A DNA stretch of 64,000 nucleotides from the IMG/VR virus record IMGVR_UViG_3300028832_000100; one strand, given 5' to 3'. The DNA is from a virus. Lineage: Duplodnaviria > Caudoviricetes. Below are positions 58,199 to 64,000 of the stretch, piece after piece. Numbering within the stretch: position 1 is the stretch's first letter; each line of letters begins with the position of its first letter. Position numbers and translations under genes: made by a program. The notes beneath the pieces were generated by a model that worked only from the letters and a program-made list of their open reading frames with translations, made no database searches and was not told the DNA's origin.

Positions 58199-59154
58199 CT
58201 ACAAATATCATTTTCTTTCAAAAGAGCAAAAAATTCCTCTCTTGTAAGGTCAGATACATCTTTACCTGCATACATCACTACATCTGTTATATATGCAGTA
58301 TCAGACAGATGCTTCTTAAATTTTTCTGCCCCTGTCCTTCCAGCCGCATCCCCATCGAACATTAAGACATAGTTTCTTATACCGCTTTTCTTCAAAATAT
58401 CATATTGATAATTAGAGCCAGTTCCAAACAACCCAACAGCAGGAAATCCATACTTCCAACAGTTTAGTGTGTTTAACTGCGATTCACATACGAAAACCCT
58501 TTTTATGTTTTCTTTTAATATAAAGTTCAAAAGATAAATCGGCTTTTCAACACTGGCTGGTATATGAAACCTTTTTCCAACAACGGATCGTTCTGTTACT
58601 GTTACTAAATTTCCAACAGCATCCCAAACAGGAAAGGTTATGGAATTGGTTTCAGCATTATATCCAATTTGAAACTTGTCAATAACATCATCAGTAAGAC
58701 CTCTTTGATACATATATGGATGTTTGAGATTGCACTTTTCTATTTCATATTTTAGTGTATTTTCACACTTTTTCTCAATAGAAGGCAATCTAATCTCATC
58801 AAGAAGAATCGAATCGTCTTGGAGAATATCTGATGAGAAATTTGATAGTATCCAATTCTCTGCATCTTCTGTACTAATACCAAAAGTATCTCCAACAAAT
58901 TTTGGAAACCGCGCTGAATAACTACATGAAAAACAATGGGCATACCCATACTCCACAGATCCATCTTTCATACAGTAGATATTCATGGCAGGTTTTCTTT
59001 CAAACCCACCTTTATGGAAAGGACAAGTACAAATTATATTGTTTCCCTTTCGTTGAATATCTTTGAATCTTCCGTCATTCAGTTCTTGCTTCATCTTTTT
59101 TAAGACAGATTCTATATCTGAATTAAATATCTTGTTTTGAATGACTAACTCCAT
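58195..59154 (-). CDS. DNA primase (CHC2 Zn finger + TOPRIM)
   Basis: CPFH...CFSC; VCES; FDGDAAG; KD. Confidence 0.9.
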   Translation of the reverse strand: MELVIQNKIFNSDIESVLKKMKQELNDGRFKDIQRKGNNIICTCPFHKGGFERKPAMNIYCMKDGSVEYGYAHCFSCSYSARFPKFVGDTFGISTEDAENWILSNFSSDILQDDSILLDEIRLPSIEKKCENTLKYEIEKCNLKHPYMYQRGLTDDVIDKFQIGYNAETNSITFPVWDAVGNLVTVTERSVVGKRFHIPASVEKPIYLLNFILKENIKRVFVCESQLNTLNCWKYGFPAVGLFGTGSNYQYDILKKSGIRNYVLMFDGDAAGRTGAEKFKKHLSDTAYITDVVMYAGKDVSDLTREEFFALLKENDICS

Positions 59155-60428
59155 CAGAAAACATCCTCTCCACCGAAGTTTGGATCTTCAAACTCTGCTC
59201 TCATGTCTTCAACTTTACTTGCATCTTGCGGAAGTTCCTCGTTTGGTATATAAGTGAAAATTCCTTTGTCAAAATCTACGGCGTACTTTATTTTAACACC
59301 GTTTTGACTATCCCTTGATTTTACCAAACTCATAGTTAGCACACCGTCTTTTTGCTCAAAAAACAAAATTATGGTGCTGTCCTGCGAAATTCTGTCTGAC
59401 TGTGCAATGTGCTCTGTACCAACCCCATTTTCGGTTGAAGTTCTATTCTGTTGAGAAACAGCAATAATCGGTATTTTCTTCATTACTTGAAGATTTTTCA
59501 AATCCTTTGAAATATTAGCAGCCCGCTCAACAGGATTTTTTGCCTTCCTATCATCTTCCAACAACGAGTGTTGGTCAATAAAAAGAACATCAAGATTGTC
59601 CTTTTCTATGAATGACCTCAATGCGCCTACACCAGCGGGTCCGCTTATCATGTTGGGGGTTAGCACACGAATAGAACCCTTTACCTTTTCTTGAATACCA
59701 TCCAAAAACATCTTATAGGAGTTTTGAAGATCAATATTGCCGTGTATAATTCCTTTGTTGGATATGTGAGAAATAAGGGTGTCAATTCTATACCCAACCT
59801 TGTTTGCGCTCATTTCACCCTCGTAAATTCCTACACGAAGACCTTGCTGTGCAGCTGCAACTGCACATTTGAACAACACAAAACTTTTACCAGAGTTGGT
59901 TCTTGCAGCGATAGTAGCCAACTCCTCTGTTCTATCCCACCCTCCAATAATCTCGTCCAATTCTGCAAATCCGGTCTTTATATAGAATTTGGAAAAATCC
60001 CTTGACCTTTCAACATAAGAATCATATCGTGATGTGTCTGCAATTATGTCAACAGAGTTTATTCCAACACCCCTCGATTGGTTCTCAACTGAATGCTTAT
60101 ATATTTCAAGTGCTTTATCTGTTTGACCATTTTGCAAAGCAATACGAATATTATTAAATGTAGTTACTAAAAACCGAGTATCACGATCCTTAATAAGCTC
60201 TTGCAAAAGGTAACTGTCATCTTCAGAAACATTTATAACATCGAAGTTTCTAAAATTATACAGAAATGTCTCCATATCTGGTACACATCCGTATTGAGAA
60301 ATATGACTAATTATAAATGTAAATTCGTCTTGATACTCTGAAAAATATTCTTTTGTAAGATTATTTTCAGTAATAAAGGAAGAATCCTTATTTTTTAGAA
60401 TTTTATTTAGTACCTGTAATTGAATCAC
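59154..60428 (-). CDS. Replicative DnaB-like helicase
   Basis: AARTNSGKS, EGEM, FIDQ, SQQNR, KSRD. Confidence 0.9.
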   Translation of the reverse strand: MIQLQVLNKILKNKDSSFITENNLTKEYFSEYQDEFTFIISHISQYGCVPDMETFLYNFRNFDVINVSEDDSYLLQELIKDRDTRFLVTTFNNIRIALQNGQTDKALEIYKHSVENQSRGVGINSVDIIADTSRYDSYVERSRDFSKFYIKTGFAELDEIIGGWDRTEELATIAARTNSGKSFVLFKCAVAAAQQGLRVGIYEGEMSANKVGYRIDTLISHISNKGIIHGNIDLQNSYKMFLDGIQEKVKGSIRVLTPNMISGPAGVGALRSFIEKDNLDVLFIDQHSLLEDDRKAKNPVERAANISKDLKNLQVMKKIPIIAVSQQNRTSTENGVGTEHIAQSDRISQDSTIILFFEQKDGVLTMSLVKSRDSQNGVKIKYAVDFDKGIFTYIPNEELPQDASKVEDMRAEFEDPNFGGEDVF

Positions 60429-61132
60429 TTGCAGATACCTCTCTTATCCGCTCCGAAAAGCTCTACTGTTTCACTATAATTTATAACACGACTGTACAAT
60501 CTTTCTCCAATTACTCCACGAAGTTCACTAGGAGTGACATTCGAGGTGAAAATAGAGGATTTCCCAGCATCTATTCTTGCATTGATGTAGTTTAATAATT
60601 GCTCGTGGTCATGTGGCGATAACTCTCTTGTTCCTATCTCGTCCCAAACAATAAGATCGGCATCATATACATTGTCCCTAAACCATTCAAAATAGTCATT
60701 TTTACTGCCGTAATTCTCTTTAATAGAAAGAAGGAGTCTTGGGACATTAACAAACATCGCTCTGCACTTCAAATCTGTTTTATGCCATATAGCACCAAAA
60801 TACCCCTGTATTAGACGAATAGCCCAAGAGGTCTTCCCGTTCCCTGTTATATTTGAGTAAATGAATAGGTTTTTTCCTTCATTTACAAAATTCTCAATGT
60901 CACTTTGAATATCGGATAATCTCTTAAAAGATTCAGCATCAGACATATTTGAATCTAACTGTAACCCGATATGCTTTCTCTGCTTAACAGATAAACCAGC
61001 CATATCGAACAAACAATTTAACTTAAACAACTTTATGCAAAATACATCTGTTTGCATACATGGTGCTTCAATATTCTTGTTGAGTGCCTTTGCACAACGA
61101 TCTTTCATCCAGCACTCATTTGATAGTATCAT
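60425..61132 (-). CDS. DnaC-like helicase loader
   Basis: TGNGKT, VWDEIG, FTSN, ERLYSR. Confidence 0.88.
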   Translation of the reverse strand: MILSNECWMKDRCAKALNKNIEAPCMQTDVFCIKLFKLNCLFDMAGLSVKQRKHIGLQLDSNMSDAESFKRLSDIQSDIENFVNEGKNLFIYSNITGNGKTSWAIRLIQGYFGAIWHKTDLKCRAMFVNVPRLLLSIKENYGSKNDYFEWFRDNVYDADLIVWDEIGTRELSPHDHEQLLNYINARIDAGKSSIFTSNVTPSELRGVIGERLYSRVINYSETVELFGADKRGICK

Positions 61133-61833
61133 TAAAATATTACCTCGCTTAATTGATCCTTGCTTGTTATCTGTGAAGATTCCGGCAACCTATAACTTAC
61201 CCCAAACTGTCTTCTGTAAGATTCAATTGCCCAAGAAGCATCTCTAAAACCACCAACGATAGCGATCTCTATCAATTTCAAGGCAACATCCAAATTGTGG
61301 TTAGAAAAATCATCAATGTTTTTCTGAAAAATTTCGATGGATCTCTTTGACAAAAAACCTTTCGGATTTGCACCAACGGCATCAATCCAATCATAGTAAG
61401 CGGATTTTAACTCTTCATTGTCACAAATAATATATGATTTTAGAGCATCAAATTGAGATTGCCTTCTCGTTTTTCTTGTTGCCTTTGATTTCTTCTCAAC
61501 CGCAGAAACAATCTCTTCATTTGCTGACATCAATGCAATAATTGATTTTACATTAAGGTAAACAGACCCATCCTCATTCTTTTCCAAAATGTTCAGGGCA
61601 GAAAGCACTTTCTCGGATTCAATCTGCTCATCCTTACTCAAAGTTGTTCTTCTTTCAATGTATGATCTGTCAAGAGTGCAATACTTGTTCTCTGCAAGAA
61701 CATTTTTTCTCGTTGCTTTATCATATATATTTAGAACTTCTGATATATAAATTGCTGGTTTTAGACCAACTATCGAAGCAATCTTTGAGTTAAAACAAAT
61801 ATTATTACTTGTACTTAATAAATCAAGAAGCAT
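61132..61833 (-). CDS. Replication initiator-like protein
   Basis: N-terminal IASIVGLKPAIYI...ERRTTLS wHTH pattern; upstream of the loader. Confidence 0.55.
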   Translation of the reverse strand: MLLDLLSTSNNICFNSKIASIVGLKPAIYISEVLNIYDKATRKNVLAENKYCTLDRSYIERRTTLSKDEQIESEKVLSALNILEKNEDGSVYLNVKSIIALMSANEEIVSAVEKKSKATRKTRRQSQFDALKSYIICDNEELKSAYYDWIDAVGANPKGFLSKRSIEIFQKNIDDFSNHNLDVALKLIEIAIVGGFRDASWAIESYRRQFGVSYRLPESSQITSKDQLSEVIF

Positions 61834-61836
61834 TAG

Positions 61837-62664
61837 TTACCTCGAAATCATTTTTTTCATTTTTGAATTTCTTAATCTTGATAAACTGGTATCAACCAAT
61901 TCATAAATTCTTTCTTGTTTTAATGCGGAAAAGAACTCTCGCATATCTTTAATTCTTTTTTCTGAAACTCTGTACTGCTCGGCAAAAGATTTATAAAAAT
62001 CATCATCAAAAGATTTTATAATTTTATGAACTTTTCTTTTGTTTATATTCGTAAACATCTCGGATTTATCTTCTCTATATTCAAAAACATCTTGATATGT
62101 TATCATATCAAGAAGAACGGCTGTGAAATAATCATAGGCATTTACGCAGTCTGAAATCATCTTTTCAACGGTGCTTTCTGTCAACGAAACATCTGGTTCT
62201 GAAACCGCTCCAATAAAGTCCATTGCCAAATCACCTGCTTCATCAGTCAGCTCATCCATGCTAACAGTACCCAAATTTGAACTTCTCTTATCCTTGTTTA
62301 GAAGTTGATAATGTGTTAATCTCATACAGCGCATCTTAATGTTCACTGCTTTATCAGGTCCATTAGGATCCCCATACAGTTTTGAAGATTCTTTTAGCCA
62401 AACTCTATTTTGCAACACATAAGTAATGCTGTCTATTAGCCAACTGTAACAATCAGTCACATCCACGCCAAACTTACTGTTGCTATAATATTTATCTATT
62501 AGCTTCCAATACCTAGCTACAATGGCACTGAAATATGCTTCTGAAATTAACTTATCATTTTCATTTTCTATATACAAATCGAATAATTTGTTTTTGTTTA
62601 TTTTTCTCCAACCATCTATTCGATCTGCTACACTCTCATACAATCTTAAATAATCGTTTAACAC
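61837..62664 (-). CDS. Possible sigma-factor-like protein
   Basis: IVARYWKLI...DCY...KDKR...VSMDEL spacing resembles sigma-70 regions 2-3. Confidence 0.4.
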   Translation of the reverse strand: MLNDYLRLYESVADRIDGWRKINKNKLFDLYIENENDKLISEAYFSAIVARYWKLIDKYYSNSKFGVDVTDCYSWLIDSITYVLQNRVWLKESSKLYGDPNGPDKAVNIKMRCMRLTHYQLLNKDKRSSNLGTVSMDELTDEAGDLAMDFIGAVSEPDVSLTESTVEKMISDCVNAYDYFTAVLLDMITYQDVFEYREDKSEMFTNINKRKVHKIIKSFDDDFYKSFAEQYRVSEKRIKDMREFFSALKQERIYELVDTSLSRLRNSKMKKMISR

Positions 62665-64000
62665 TTGTTTTCTACTCGCATTTCTACATTAAAATCTTGT
62701 ATATATTTCCTCAAACTTTCCATTGCAGATTCCGAAATTTCATCATCAATAACAAAATCTGCAATATATTTTTTATCGGTAATAATTTCTAACACTTTTT
62801 CATCTAATGTGTCTTTACAAATCAAATTGTAAATAAATACCGGCTTCTTCGTTCCAATTCTATGTATTCTATCGCATGCTTGGTCAAAAGCACCTGCTGT
62901 ATATGGGGTTGATAGGAATATCATATGTGAAGCGGAGTTCAATGTTATTCCTGTTCCGCACTTCTGCCAAGTTCCAAGAAACACTTTATCTGCACCGTTT
63001 TGAAAAGAATTGACATTTTCGTTTATCTCATTATCTTTTTGATCCCCTGTATTGATAGAAGGTTTTAAGTCATCTATTTTCTTTGCAAGATAATATATTG
63101 GTTCCTTAAAAGAAGAAAATACAATTACTTTCTCTCCGTTTGAAACAATTTGTCTTATCAAGTCCTCTGCTCGGTCTATTTTAGAAGATGGTACATTATC
63201 AGTTGTAAGGATGCTCGGCAATTCAGCAGCTTGCCTCAATCTTGCGAACATTGCAAGTAGTGACTTTGTACTTATGTGTACTTTATCAACCTGCTCAACG
63301 ATTCCATTAAGGATGTTGTTGTAAAACTGCTTGTGGTACTCATTCAACTCTACATATTCTACAATGACATTCTTTTCTGGCAGATTCAACAAATCTTTTG
63401 TTCTTCGTATAGAGCAATTACTCAACTGTTCCTTGATAATATCCAAGTTACGATATCCCAAAAATCTCGTTCCAAACTTATCGTCAAATACACAGTAATA
63501 ATGCTCAAAAATAGAAGAACTTGAATGATCCTCTCCTATAAACTTCATCGGTAGATGACAATCAGTTACATTGTTAAGAAGCATTGTACCTGTTGCACAA
63601 ACTGCATACTGAACCCCCTTTAATTTAAGGAAATTTTCAGATTGCTTTGCTCCTGCACTTTTTACAGCGTGGGCTTCATCAAGAACGATCATATCAAAAT
63701 TGTTTATTTTGTTTTTCTTGATAGCATTAACGATGTCATTTGATCGGATAGTTTCAATATTTGTAATAACAAAAAATTCATCTATCTTTCTTTTTAGGTG
63801 GTTTACACGCTCTTTTAATGAACCTATTGTAACCTTACCTGTCCTAGAAGTTCTCTCTCCAAGTATTGTAGCAGACAAGTTGGAGTGCTTTTGAATCTCA
63901 TTCTTCCAGTTAAATTTGAGAGAATTAACCCCGCACACAATTAGGCAGTGTTCTATCTTCTTTTGTCTGTACAGATGATTTGCCATCATTATGATTTGCA
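62658..64000 (-). CDS. SNF2-family helicase, 5' end beyond the window
   Basis: LDEAH, ATGT, RRTK, GTGITL, QACDRIHRIG. Confidence 0.92.
   Translation of the reverse strand, partial: QIIMMANHLYRQKKIEHCLIVCGVNSLKFNWKNEIQKHSNLSATILGERTSRTGKVTIGSLKERVNHLKRKIDEFFVITNIETIRSNDIVNAIKKNKINNFDMIVLDEAHAVKSAGAKQSENFLKLKGVQYAVCATGTMLLNNVTDCHLPMKFIGEDHSSSSIFEHYYCVFDDKFGTRFLGYRNLDIIKEQLSNCSIRRTKDLLNLPEKNVIVEYVELNEYHKQFYNNILNGIVEQVDKVHISTKSLLAMFARLRQAAELPSILTTDNVPSSKIDRAEDLIRQIVSNGEKVIVFSSFKEPIYYLAKKIDDLKPSINTGDQKDNEINENVNSFQNGADKVFLGTWQKCGTGITLNSASHMIFLSTPYTAGAFDQACDRIHRIGTKKPVFIYNLICKDTLDEKVLEIITDKKYIADFVIDDEISESAMESLRKYIQDFNVEMRVENKC

Noticed and set aside
1-64000. Genome-wide amber (TAG) recoding
   Set aside because: Conserved genes here are full length under code 11, and TAG appears to end ORFs (e.g. 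3953, 43041). Late genes outside the window cannot be judged.

Overview
A 64-kb segment of a large, AT-rich dsDNA phage. The sigma-A type promoters, GGAGG ribosome-binding sites and a SipW-type secreted protein suggest a Firmicutes host. Essentially every real gene is on the minus strand. In transcription order (right to left): (1) a replication/recombination block with SNF2 helicase, DnaC-like loader, DnaB, primase, SSB, a family-A DNA polymerase split by three group I introns, beta clamp, RecU, RecA, a DnaX/HolB/HolA clamp loader and SbcD/SbcC; (2) an anaerobic RNR (nrdD) with a group I intron; (3) a c-di-GMP-I riboswitch-controlled pair of TasA-like surface proteins, followed by a cytosine methyltransferase cassette with inverted ends that has a frameshift at an (AT)7 tract; (4) many small accessory genes, including an RNA-repair set (intein-containing Rnl2-type ligase, PNK-HD, Thg1, cyclic-phosphate receiver, phosphoesterase); (5) a vWA plus adenylosuccinate-synthetase-like pair and nine tRNAs, with a theta (HDV-like) ribozyme and two unassigned structured RNAs. 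The top candidate system is a TROVE/ROT-like-TerD protein gene (1067-3280) flanked by five copies of a covarying structured RNA. One copy carries a circularly permuted tRNA mimic (YrlA-like), but the conserved motif is not the canonical Ro60-binding one. All calls come from reading the sequence by eye; no database searches were run.
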